Source of the DNA: Bacteroidia bacterium
GTDB lineage: Bacteria; Bacteroidota; Bacteroidia; CAIKAF01
Length of the DNA: 64,000 nt
NCBI GenBank assembly: GCA_016742095.1
Contig: JACVCJ010000005.1
Span: forward strand, 3,335 to 67,334
Direction of reading: 5' to 3'
Below the pieces are notes generated by a model that ran no database searches, was not told the origin of the DNA, and worked only from the letters and a program-made list of their open reading frames with translations. Below are positions 40,855 to 49,496 of the stretch, in pieces (positions within the stretch are counted from its first letter, which is position 1; every line of letters begins with the position of its first letter). Made by a program: the position numbers and the translations under genes.

Positions 40855-41907
40855 ATGCTTTTACGTACGGATAAGCCCAATATACGATCCTATGCGCTCG
40901 ACGACCTGCGCGCCTTTTTCGAGGAAAAGGGCGAAAAGGCCTTCCGGGCCAACCAGGTTTTTCAGTGGGTATGGCAGAAACATGCCAAGTCCTTCGGGGA
41001 TATGACCAATCTCGGGAAGGACCTGCGCGCCTTTCTGCAGGAGCATTTCCTGATCACCGAACTGGATGTGCTCAGCGAGCAGCACAGCAACGACGGCACC
41101 GTAAAATCGGCCTTTTCCCTGAGCGATGGCAAAGTGGTGGAAGGCGTACTGATACCGGCCGACAGCCGCATGACCGCCTGCATCAGCTCGCAGGTGGGTT
41201 GTAGCCTCGACTGTAAATTCTGCGCCACGGCACAGCTTAAAATGATGCGCAACCTGAACCCGGACGAGATCTACGACCAGGTGGTGGCCATCAGCCGGCA
41301 GGCAGACCAGAAATTCGGGCAGCCGCTCAGCAATATCGTGTTCATGGGCATGGGCGAGCCCCTGCTCAACTTCAAGAATGTAAGCACGGCCATACAGCAC
41401 ATTATGAGCGAACAGGGCCTGGGTATGAGCTACAAACGCATTACCGTTTCTACCAGCGGGGTGGCCAAAATGATCCGCCGCCTGGGCGAAGACCGGGTAA
41501 AATACCGCCTGGCCATCAGTCTGCACGCAGCCGACAATGAAAAACGCAGTCAGATCATGAGCATCAATAACACCAATCCGCTCGAGGACCTGGCCGATGC
41601 CCTGAAGTTTTACTATGCGGAAACAGGCAGCCCGGTCACCTACGAGTACATCCTGTTCAGGGATTTTAACGACAGTGAGGAAGATGCCCGCAACCTGATA
41701 CGTTTTTCGAAACACGTTCCGTCCAAGATCAACATTATTGAATACAACCCGGTAGAAGGCAGTCCCTTCCGGCAGACCGACCCCGAGCGCCTGGAGCGCT
41801 TCCGCCGCCTGCTCGAGAACGCCGGCATTACGGCCACCGTACGCCGCAGTCGCGGTAAAGACATCGATGCGGCCTGCGGACAACTGGCCAACAAAACAGC
41901 TTCCTGA
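40855..41907 (+). CDS. rlmN: 23S rRNA m2A2503 / tRNA methyltransferase RlmN
   Basis: CISSQVGCSLDCKFCAT, FMGMGEP, ISLH, RGKDIDAACGQL. Confidence 0.97.
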   Translation: MLLRTDKPNIRSYALDDLRAFFEEKGEKAFRANQVFQWVWQKHAKSFGDMTNLGKDLRAFLQEHFLITELDVLSEQHSNDGTVKSAFSLSDGKVVEGVLIPADSRMTACISSQVGCSLDCKFCATAQLKMMRNLNPDEIYDQVVAISRQADQKFGQPLSNIVFMGMGEPLLNFKNVSTAIQHIMSEQGLGMSYKRITVSTSGVAKMIRRLGEDRVKYRLAISLHAADNEKRSQIMSINNTNPLEDLADALKFYYAETGSPVTYEYILFRDFNDSEEDARNLIRFSKHVPSKINIIEYNPVEGSPFRQTDPERLERFRRLLENAGITATVRRSRGKDIDAACGQLANKTAS

Positions 41908-41919
41908 CAACAGAACCCT

Positions 41920-42762
41920 ATGAAAAATATCCTTTTTGTACTGCTTTTCTTTATCCTCGGTGCCCCTCTTATGGCTCAGAATTACGGCGACACTCTGGTG
42001 CTCTTTGAGAAAAAACAGGTGGTATACCTGTTCGGCGACAGCATCAATGTACGCAAAACGCCGGGTACCGACGGCGCTGTGATCACCCGCCTGCCCATCG
42101 GTACACGGGTTACCATACTCGAAAAAAGCAAAGAGGTCTCCCGCATCAACAACATACTGATGCCCTGGTACCTGGTAGAATTCAACGGGAAACAGAAAGG
42201 CTATATCTGGGGCGGCAAACTGGCCCTGAATTCCTTCCGCAGCAACAAGAACCCGGATATCGCCTTCCATTTCGGCATCGACAAAAGAAGCAATGAGGAC
42301 GGCGCTTATGCCGAGTTCCAGATACGGGTGGAAAAGAACCACAAAGAACTGCAGCGTCTTAATTTCCAGGCCTTCGGTACGGAATACAAGCGCCACGTGT
42401 GCAGTAATATTTCCAACAAGGGTCTCAGCGGGGTAGACGATATTCTGCAGGTGGACGGCTACGGAGAGTTTTGCGGCGATGACGGCGGTGCTGTGATCTT
42501 TTTCTGGACCGGCACGGAACTGATCTACGTAGACCGGCTTTCCGATTCTGTGGACGGTGCCTACTTTGCCCGGGAGTTCTTTGTATACCCGTCTGATATG
42601 CAGGGTGAAAAGGAAACCGTGATCAAAAAGCTACAGGCGGGCGAGATCCTGTTCGAAGAAGGACAGAATGTAGCCACCTGGGACAGCTACAACGTGGTGT
42701 ACGAAAAAGATGAAACCACCCGCCTGCGCTGGGACGGTAAAAAACTACAACCTAAAAAATAA
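41920..42762 (+). CDS. Exported SH3b-domain protein
   Basis: Signal peptide; INVRKTPG...LPIGTRV...WY.V...GYIWGG. Confidence 0.8.
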   Translation: MKNILFVLLFFILGAPLMAQNYGDTLVLFEKKQVVYLFGDSINVRKTPGTDGAVITRLPIGTRVTILEKSKEVSRINNILMPWYLVEFNGKQKGYIWGGKLALNSFRSNKNPDIAFHFGIDKRSNEDGAYAEFQIRVEKNHKELQRLNFQAFGTEYKRHVCSNISNKGLSGVDDILQVDGYGEFCGDDGGAVIFFWTGTELIYVDRLSDSVDGAYFAREFFVYPSDMQGEKETVIKKLQAGEILFEEGQNVATWDSYNVVYEKDETTRLRWDGKKLQPKK

Positions 42763-42769
42763 ACCTTCT

Positions 42770-43312
42770 TTGAAAAACACCTACAGCTTCCGGCTCAGCG
42801 AGGACGATTTTCTTGTGTATACCCTGTACAACGCCTCTACATCGCGCATGGTGCGCCGCCGCCGTATACGTATGCGCTGGGTGGTATCGGTACTGTACAT
42901 CGGCATGGGCGCCTGGCTCAGCCTGGCCCGGGAAGTACGTGTGGGCGGAATTGTATTTGCCGCCTTCGGACTGCTCTGGCTGCTGTTTTACCCGCGCTAC
43001 AGCGCCTGGCGCTACAAAAGGACCTATCGCCGCATTGTGCGTGAACAGACCCGGGACCGCGTGAACAAGACCTACGATATGGAATTGGGCGCCGAACAGC
43101 TGCTGGTCCGCAACGAGAGTTCCGAATCGAAAATAAGCTACAGCGGCATCAGTGAAGTGGTGGTGCTCAGCGACTATTTCCTGCTGATACTGAAAGAACG
43201 ATCGGGCCTGGTGGTTCCCCGCCGCGATGTGCCTGAACCCGGAGCCTTCCTGGATCTTTTCCGCGAAAAAGGCGTGAGCGTTCAGCTGCACGAGGACTGG
43301 CGCTGGAAATAA
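42770..43312 (+). CDS. YcxB-like membrane protein
   Basis: Two TM helices then ESKISYSGI...YFLL...VVPRR; probable TTG start at 42770. Confidence 0.7.
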   Translation: MKNTYSFRLSEDDFLVYTLYNASTSRMVRRRRIRMRWVVSVLYIGMGAWLSLAREVRVGGIVFAAFGLLWLLFYPRYSAWRYKRTYRRIVREQTRDRVNKTYDMELGAEQLLVRNESSESKISYSGISEVVVLSDYFLLILKERSGLVVPRRDVPEPGAFLDLFREKGVSVQLHEDWRWK

Positions 43313-43377
43313 AAAACGCTGCGGAATAAAGGCGGAATGCCGTACATTTGATCTGTAAAAAACCACCATGCTGCCGT

Positions 43378-44244
43378 ATGATAGCCTATAATCCCAAAGA
43401 CTGGTTCTTTTTTATCTTCCGCTTTCACAAGACGGATACCTTTCGTACCCTGCTTCCGCTGATGGCGGCCATTGGCGGGTATTCCTGGCTTGTTGCCTAC
43501 CTGGAACTGGAATATTGGCAGCTTTCGGCAAATAATGCGCTCAAAAACCTGCCCATTATGCATACCACACTCACTTTTGTGATCTCGCTGCTGCTGGTGT
43601 TCCGCACCAATACGGCCTATGACCGCTGGTGGGAAGGACGCAGGCTCTGGGGCAGCCTCGTGAACAGCAGCCGCAATTTTGCACTGAAACTGGGCGCCAT
43701 GCTCAGCGAAGAACAGGACCGGCAGTATTTCCGCCGTGTTATCCCGGCCTATGCTTCCATCCTGAACAAACACCTTAAAAATGAGGAAACCGGCAAAACC
43801 CTGTTCGACGAGTTCGACCTGCGCATCGAAGAGCACCATAAACATGCCCCTAACCAGGTGGCCCGCATGATGTACCAGAAAGTACAGGAACTGTATGCTA
43901 CGGGCAAGATCAGCGGCGAACAGCTTATTGTACTCAACGGACAGTTAGAGTCTTTTACCGATATATGCGGCGCCTGCGAACGGATCAAAAACACGCCGAT
44001 CCCGTTCTCGTACAGTTCATTCATTAAAAGATTCATCTTTTTCTACATCATGAGCCTGCCCTTTGGCTATGTATTCAGCCTGGGCTATTATGTGATACCC
44101 GTGGTGGTATTCATTTTTTACGTGCTGGCCAGCCTGGAGCTGATCGCAGAAGAGATCGAAGACCCTTTCGGGAACGATGGCAATGACCTGCCCACGGAGA
44201 AGATCGCGGCCAATATTAAAATTCACGTTTCGGAAATTTTATAA
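43378..44244 (+). CDS. Bestrophin-family (YneE) ion channel
   Basis: LLVFRTNTAYDRWWEGR, GACERIKNTPIP, EIEDPFG.D.NDLP. Confidence 0.93.
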   Translation: MIAYNPKDWFFFIFRFHKTDTFRTLLPLMAAIGGYSWLVAYLELEYWQLSANNALKNLPIMHTTLTFVISLLLVFRTNTAYDRWWEGRRLWGSLVNSSRNFALKLGAMLSEEQDRQYFRRVIPAYASILNKHLKNEETGKTLFDEFDLRIEEHHKHAPNQVARMMYQKVQELYATGKISGEQLIVLNGQLESFTDICGACERIKNTPIPFSYSSFIKRFIFFYIMSLPFGYVFSLGYYVIPVVVFIFYVLASLELIAEEIEDPFGNDGNDLPTEKIAANIKIHVSEIL

Positions 44245-44246
44245 AC

Positions 44247-44270
44247 GCTCTATACAGTAGAGCCTTTTCT
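44247..44270 (+). terminator. Probable intrinsic terminator
   Basis: GCTCTA-tacag-TAGAGC followed by CTTTTCT. Confidence 0.55.
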
Positions 44271-44299
44271 GCCGTTCATAGAGAACTAAAAGCCTCAAA

Positions 44300-44407
44300 A
44301 TGATATTTTCCCTCCTTCTTTCAGCGGGCCTTTGTGCCTTCGCTCCGGCACCGGAAGATACCGTTTCGTTCCGCACGCTGTTTTACAACGATCAGCAGAT
44401 CTATTAA
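44300..44407 (+). pseudogene. Signal-peptide-bearing 35-codon ORF, likely a gene remnant
   Basis: MIFSLLLSAGLCAFAPAPEDTVSFRTLFYNDQQIY*; removing one T would continue it as KGTEYLYASGRKG. Confidence 0.35.
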
Positions 44408-44446
44408 AGGTACAGAATACCTGTATGCTTCCGGGCGGAAAGGAAC

Positions 44447-44656
44447 TTACTCTGCCTTCTTGATCGAAAGCGCGCCCGAAGGGCATTTATGCACCTGTTC
44501 CACAATGCGGTCACGGGTATCGCTCTCGGGATGGATCCAGGGCACTTCGACCGGCCGGAACACATTCGGAAGTCCGCGTACACAGACCCCGGAGTGAATA
44601 CACTTCTTGTTGTTCCAGACAACAAAAACATCGTCTTTGCGATATTCTTTGATCAT
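44447..44656 (-). CDS. Divergent 4Fe-4S mono-cluster protein (Fer4_19 / YjdI-like)
   Basis: KCIHSGVCVRGLPNVF...PWI.P...CPSGALS. Confidence 0.9.
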   Translation of the reverse strand: MIKEYRKDDVFVVWNNKKCIHSGVCVRGLPNVFRPVEVPWIHPESDTRDRIVEQVHKCPSGALSIKKAE

Positions 44657-44986
44657 AAGGCACTGTTTTATCCTTGAAATTTAGTGAATTTCCGGCCTTG
44701 TTGTCCGCTCTTAGCAAATTTTAAGCCCCCGCGCAGAAAAGGAACACGACTTCCGGTCGCTCCTGAAGATCGGTTCGCGGGAAATGTGCCTGCTTTTCAT
44801 AGAAAACCAGTGCAGTGTGAGCCGCTTCCGCTTTCCCAGGCGGGTTCGCAAAAAACGACAGGCAAAGAAGCAGAATTTCTGTATACAGAACGAATTAATA
44901 TACAAAAAATGAATGAATTACACATCATTCTTGCGACGAATTACATAAATACCTACCTTTATTCCATTAAGATCTCTTTATAAATA

Positions 44987-45063
44987 GCACGACAGGTTTG
45001 TATGTATCCGGCATAAAAAGCCCGGGGTATCTGGTCGTGCGCTGCGTTTCACGATCCTTTTTT
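44987..45063 (+). promoter_or_regulatory. Candidate attenuator / riboswitch leader with uORF MYPA
   Basis: GCACGAC (44987-93) pairs with GTCGTGC (45034-40); alternatively GGTCGTG (45033-39) pairs with CACGATC (45050-56) before T6 (45058-63); ATG TAT CCG GCA TAA at 45002-45016. Confidence 0.6.
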
Positions 45064-45094
45064 CTACATTTTTAAATTTATAGAGAGAACAATC

Positions 45095-45733
45095 ATGTAT
45101 TCTACAGATAAAATAGCCCTGCTGGGCGCGACCGGTAAATCCGGCACCTATGTATTGCGCGAAGTACTGCGTGCGGGGTATCCCTGCCGCCTGCTGCTGC
45201 GCGATCCTTCAAAATTACAGGAAACACATCCGCTTATCGAAGTGGTACAGGGCGATGCCCGCGACCCGGAAGCCCTGCTGCACCTGCTGAAAGGCTGTAC
45301 GGCCGTGCTGAGTACCCTGGGTCAGCCCGCCGGGGAATCTTCCATTTTTAGTACGGCTACCCGAAATGTGCTCCAGGCGATGGAACGGCACGGTATCCGG
45401 CGTTATATTGTAACTACGGGCCTCAGTGTGGACCTGCCCGGCGACGAAAAAGAGCCCGCCGTACAGCAGGCCACGGACTGGATGAAACAGCATTACCCGG
45501 AGACCACTTTCGACAAGCAGAAAGAGTACGAAGTGCTGGCTGCAAGCGGGGTACAGTGGACCCTGGTACGCCTGCCGCTCATAGACCTTACGGGCGATCC
45601 GGGGCAGTTGCAGACCGATCTGCATCACTGTCCCTGGCCCCGGGTGAGCGCTTCGGGACTGGCGCAGTTCCTGCTGCGGCAGCTGAAGGAAAGTACCTGG
45701 CATCAGAAAGCGCCCTTTGCGGGCAATCTATAA
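45095..45733 (+). CDS. NAD(P)H-binding oxidoreductase (NAD_binding_10, flavin reductase/BLVRB-like)
   Basis: ALLGATGKSG Rossmann motif, VVQGDA, WTLVRLP. Confidence 0.88.
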   Translation: MYSTDKIALLGATGKSGTYVLREVLRAGYPCRLLLRDPSKLQETHPLIEVVQGDARDPEALLHLLKGCTAVLSTLGQPAGESSIFSTATRNVLQAMERHGIRRYIVTTGLSVDLPGDEKEPAVQQATDWMKQHYPETTFDKQKEYEVLAASGVQWTLVRLPLIDLTGDPGQLQTDLHHCPWPRVSASGLAQFLLRQLKESTWHQKAPFAGNL

Positions 45734-45738
45734 GACAG

Positions 45739-45770
45739 AAAGGCGGGCATAACAACCCGCCTTTGTTTGT
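45739..45770 (+). terminator. Intrinsic terminator
   Basis: AAAGGCGGG-cataacaa-CCCGCCTTT followed by GTTTGT. Confidence 0.8.
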
Positions 45771-45785
45771 TACCCGGCCGTAAAA

Positions 45786-45821
45786 CTGATATAAATCATA
45801 TTTACGGCTGATCTTTCTCAT
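45786..45821 (+). promoter_or_regulatory. Tandem CRP/FNR-type boxes upstream of the cco operon
   Basis: CTGATATAAATCAT (45786-99) and CTGATCTTTCTCAT (45808-21), starts 22 bp apart, resembling TTGAT-N4-ATCAA; non-consensus -7 element CACCTTTG at 45844-51. Confidence 0.65.
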
Positions 45822-45878
45822 GCCCCGCCGCCGCAGAGCATCGCACCTTTGAGGTGTCAAACAAACATCTACCCGTTT

Positions 45879-46052
45879 ATGGAGGCACTTTTCATTCTCA
45901 TCGGCTTTAGTGTGGCGGTGGCCATACTGTTTCTAACCCTGTTCATACGCGCGGTCCGTGCCGGTCAGTACGACGATCCCCGTTCACCCGGCACCCGCAT
46001 CCTGGACGCTCCTCGTCCGCCGAAAACAAAACAATCTAATCCCCGCGCCTAA
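45879..46052 (+). CDS. ccoS: cbb3-type cytochrome oxidase maturation protein
   Basis: MEALFILIGFS...AVRAGQYDD...RIL (FixS motif). Confidence 0.9.
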   Translation: MEALFILIGFSVAVAILFLTLFIRAVRAGQYDDPRSPGTRILDAPRPPKTKQSNPRA

Positions 46053-46055
46053 GAC

Positions 46056-48221
46056 ATGGAAATTCAAAAGTTTAAGTACGACAACCGTATTGTCAGCCTT
46101 TTCGCTTTCGCTACCATGTTGTGGGCCCTGGTGGGCATGCTGGTGGGCGTTATCGTGGCCTTCCAGATCTTTAACCCGGGTTTTGTACACTCGGAATACA
46201 GCACGTTCGGCCGCCTGCGTCCCCTGCATACCAATGCGGTGATCTTTGCCTTTGTGGGCAACGGTATCTTTATGGGATATTATTACTCCATACAGCGCCT
46301 GCTCAAGGCCCGCATGTGGAGCAATATGCTGAGCCGGGTCCACTTCTGGGGCTGGCAGCTCATTATCGTGGCCGCCGCCATTACGCTACCCCTCGGTTAC
46401 ACCACCTCTAAAGAATACGCCGAACTGGAATGGCCCATCGACATTGCCATTACCCTTATCTGGGTCATTTTCGGCCTCAACATGATCATGACCATCCTGC
46501 GCCGCCGCGAACGGCACCTGTACGTGGCCATCTGGTTCTACATAGCCACTTTTGTTACGGTGGCCGTGCTGCACGTGGTGAACTCCTTTGAACTGCCGGT
46601 GGAACTCTTTAAAAGCTATTCGGTATACGCCGGCGTGCAGGACGCCCTGGTGCAATGGTGGTACGGGCACAATGCCGTGGCCTTTTTCCTCACCACACCC
46701 TACCTGGGACTCATGTACTATTACATTCCCAAAGCGGTGAACCGCCCCGTATATTCCTATAAACTTTCCATCATACACTTCTGGGCCCTCATTTTTATTT
46801 ACATCTGGGCGGGCCCGCACCACCTGCTGTATTCCACCCTGCCCGACTGGGCGCAGAGCCTGGGCACGGTGTTCTCCATTATGCTTATTGCGCCGTCCTG
46901 GGGCGGTATGATCAACGGTCTTCTTACCCTGCGCGGCGCCTGGGACCGGGTGCGCGACGATGCTACGCTCAAGTTCTTCGTGGTAGCGGTTACGGCCTAT
47001 GGTATGGCCACCTTCGAAGGGCCTCTGCTCTCCCTGAAACAGATCAATGCCATCAGTCACTTTACCGACTGGACCATTGCCCACGTACACGTAGGCGGAC
47101 TGGGCTGGAACGGTATGCTTACCTTCGGTATCCTGTACTGGCTGATCCCGCGCCTGTATAAGACCGAACTTTTCTCTAAAAAACTGGCCAATGCCCACTT
47201 CTGGATCGCTACGCTGGGTATTCTGCTCTATGCCGTTCCCATGTACTGGGCGGGCTTTACACAGCATTCCATGTGGCAGGACTTTACCGAGGCCGGTACG
47301 CTGAAATACCCCGAATTCCTTACGACCGTTACCAATCTTAAAAACCTGTACGCCCTGCGGGCCATCGGCGGAACCCTGTACCTGGGCGGAGCCATTATGA
47401 TGGTGTACAACCTGGTACGCACGGTACGTGCCGGTAGCCTGGAGCGTGAAGAGGAAGCCAGCGCACCTGCCCTGGAGAAAGCATACGCGGGCCATGCCGG
47501 CGAACACTGGCACCGCTGGATCGAACGCCGCCCCGTGCAGCTTACCATCTTTGCCACCGTTGCCATCCTCATCGGCGGACTTATTGAAATGGTGCCCACC
47601 TTTATGGTAAAGAGCAATGTACCGACCATTGCCTCCGTAAAACCCTATACCCCGCTCGAACTACAGGGCCGCGACCTGTACATCCGCGAGGGTTGTGTGG
47701 GTTGTCACTCCCAGCTGGTACGACCTTTCCGGCACGAGACCGTGCGCTACAAGGGCGAATATTCCAAAAGCGGGGAATACGTGTACGACCACCCCTTCCT
47801 CTGGGGCAGTAAGCGTACCGGGCCCGATCTGCAGCGCGTAGGCGCCAAATACCTGCACAGCTGGCACTATTTCCACATGGCCAACCCCGACGATATCTCC
47901 AAAGGCTCGCTGATGCCGGCGTATCCCTGGCTTTTTACCAATGATCTGGATACTTCGAAGACCGCGGCCAAGATACGCGCCATGCAGTCGCTGGGCGTGC
48001 CTTACCCCGAGGGCTACGACGCAAGGGCCAATGCCGATCTGCAGAAACAGGCCGGCGAAATTGCCGAAAACCTGCTGCAGGATAAAAGCGTACGCTACGA
48101 TTTTGCCGAACGCAGCAGCGACAACCTGGCCGACAAGGAAATTATAGCCCTCATTGCCTACCTGCAACGCCTGGGCACCGATATTAAAGTAAAAACGGAA
48201 GAAGTTGCCGTAAAACCTTAA
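46056..48221 (+). CDS. ccoN: Fused cbb3 cytochrome c oxidase subunits I/II (CcoNO)
   Basis: FGRLRPLHTN, QWWYGHNAV, WAGPHHL, AHVH; then EGCVGCHSQ and WGSKRTGPDL from CcoO. Confidence 0.97.
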   Translation: MEIQKFKYDNRIVSLFAFATMLWALVGMLVGVIVAFQIFNPGFVHSEYSTFGRLRPLHTNAVIFAFVGNGIFMGYYYSIQRLLKARMWSNMLSRVHFWGWQLIIVAAAITLPLGYTTSKEYAELEWPIDIAITLIWVIFGLNMIMTILRRRERHLYVAIWFYIATFVTVAVLHVVNSFELPVELFKSYSVYAGVQDALVQWWYGHNAVAFFLTTPYLGLMYYYIPKAVNRPVYSYKLSIIHFWALIFIYIWAGPHHLLYSTLPDWAQSLGTVFSIMLIAPSWGGMINGLLTLRGAWDRVRDDATLKFFVVAVTAYGMATFEGPLLSLKQINAISHFTDWTIAHVHVGGLGWNGMLTFGILYWLIPRLYKTELFSKKLANAHFWIATLGILLYAVPMYWAGFTQHSMWQDFTEAGTLKYPEFLTTVTNLKNLYALRAIGGTLYLGGAIMMVYNLVRTVRAGSLEREEEASAPALEKAYAGHAGEHWHRWIERRPVQLTIFATVAILIGGLIEMVPTFMVKSNVPTIASVKPYTPLELQGRDLYIREGCVGCHSQLVRPFRHETVRYKGEYSKSGEYVYDHPFLWGSKRTGPDLQRVGAKYLHSWHYFHMANPDDISKGSLMPAYPWLFTNDLDTSKTAAKIRAMQSLGVPYPEGYDARANADLQKQAGEIAENLLQDKSVRYDFAERSSDNLADKEIIALIAYLQRLGTDIKVKTEEVAVKP

Positions 48222-48232
48222 AATAACGAGTT

Positions 48233-48439
48233 ATGCTAAAAAACATCAAATATTACCTGGACGGCAGCGGTATCGACTGGATGGGCATTTTTTCGCTCGG
48301 CGTCTTCTTTATATTCTTCCTGGTATTGCTGGTATACGTGCTGTACATGAAAAAAGACAGTGTGGAAGAGATACGTAACATCCCGCTGCAGGGCGATCCT
48401 GCGGCACAATCAAACCGAACGCCTCATGAGAACCAATAA
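48233..48439 (+). CDS. ccoQ: cbb3 oxidase subunit CcoQ
   Basis: Single TM (FFIFF) followed by NIPL; located between ccoNO and ccoP. Confidence 0.8.
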   Translation: MLKNIKYYLDGSGIDWMGIFSLGVFFIFFLVLLVYVLYMKKDSVEEIRNIPLQGDPAAQSNRTPHENQ

Positions 48440-49433
48440 ATACCTTTTCGGGAAACTCCCTCTGACTAAGGGAATCATGGCATGGGCAGCGGTCGCTGTA
48501 ATTCCACTGGGTAGAGCGGAAAACCCGGCGGCCGCAGCTGCCCCTGCCGAAAACCCGGCCCACCGTTTCGACTGGATGCTGAACATAAGCCTCGAAGAAG
48601 TACTGCTCTTTATCCTGCTGGCCTTCCTGGTGCTGATCATGCTCTATTTTGTGCAGGTGATCAATTCCCTGCTGAAGTTGCTGAAGGGCGAGACCGATAA
48701 GATCATTAACACACAGGGCGTGGTTACCGCCGCTCCTGCCCCGAAACGGAAAACGGCCTATTCACAGATCCTGAAGGCGCTTACCCGCGCCCGCGCCGTG
48801 GAAGAGGAAAAAGACATCCTGCTCGACCACGATTACGACGGCATCAAAGAACTCGATAACAGTCTGCCGCCCTGGTGGAAGTGGATGTTCTACATCTGCA
48901 TCGTATGGTCCCTGTTTTACCTGGTGAACTACCACATTGTACCCATCTGGAACTCCGGTGTGCTGCAGGATGCAGAATATACCGCCGAAATAGAGGAAGG
49001 CAAACGCCAGCTGGCCGAATACAAGAAAAAAGCGGCCGATTTCGTAGACGAGAACACGGTGACCATGCCGCAGGACAAAGCCGTAATTGCCAAAGGAAAA
49101 GCGAAATTCGACGAAGTGTGTGCCGCCTGCCACGGCGCACAGGGCCAGGGCGATGTAGGCCCCAACCTCAGCGACGACTACTGGCTGCACGGCGGCGATA
49201 TCAAAGACATTTTCAAGACCATTAAGTACGGCGTACCCGAAAAAGGGATGATCAGCTGGCAGGACCAGCTCAAGGCCAGCGAAATGCAGGCCCTGGCCGG
49301 GTATATTCTTACGCTGCGCGGAACCGATCCGCCCAACCCTAAAGAGCCGCAGGGTGACCTCTATACCCCTGCGGCCTCTGACTCCCTACAACCGGCTGCC
49401 GATACCGTAAAGGTGGCCGCGAACGACATATGA
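48426..49433 (+). CDS. ccoP: cbb3 oxidase subunit III
   Basis: DHDYDGIKELDNSLPPWW, CAACHG, GPNLSDDYWLHGG; start at ATG 48426. Confidence 0.93.
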   Translation: MRTNKYLFGKLPLTKGIMAWAAVAVIPLGRAENPAAAAAPAENPAHRFDWMLNISLEEVLLFILLAFLVLIMLYFVQVINSLLKLLKGETDKIINTQGVVTAAPAPKRKTAYSQILKALTRARAVEEEKDILLDHDYDGIKELDNSLPPWWKWMFYICIVWSLFYLVNYHIVPIWNSGVLQDAEYTAEIEEGKRQLAEYKKKAADFVDENTVTMPQDKAVIAKGKAKFDEVCAACHGAQGQGDVGPNLSDDYWLHGGDIKDIFKTIKYGVPEKGMISWQDQLKASEMQALAGYILTLRGTDPPNPKEPQGDLYTPAASDSLQPAADTVKVAANDI

Positions 49434-49442
49434 CAGACAGAC

Positions 49443-49471
49443 CGGGGACTGCCGTAACTACGGAGTCCCCG
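49443..49471 (+). terminator. Strong intercistronic hairpin between ccoP and ccoG (stabiliser or leaky terminator)
   Basis: CGGGGACT-G-CCGTA-ac-TACGG-AGTCCCCG with only a weak T tail. Confidence 0.6.
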
Positions 49472-49496
49472 ATCATTTATGCAAAATCTACCCGTT

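Noticed and set aside
44684..44983. ORFs 44684-44983 and 44711-44905
   Set aside because: No protein-like features; they overlap the regulatory region and are probably spurious.
46056..48221. CcoN-CcoO fusion as a novelty
   Set aside because: This fusion is the usual arrangement in Bacteroidota.
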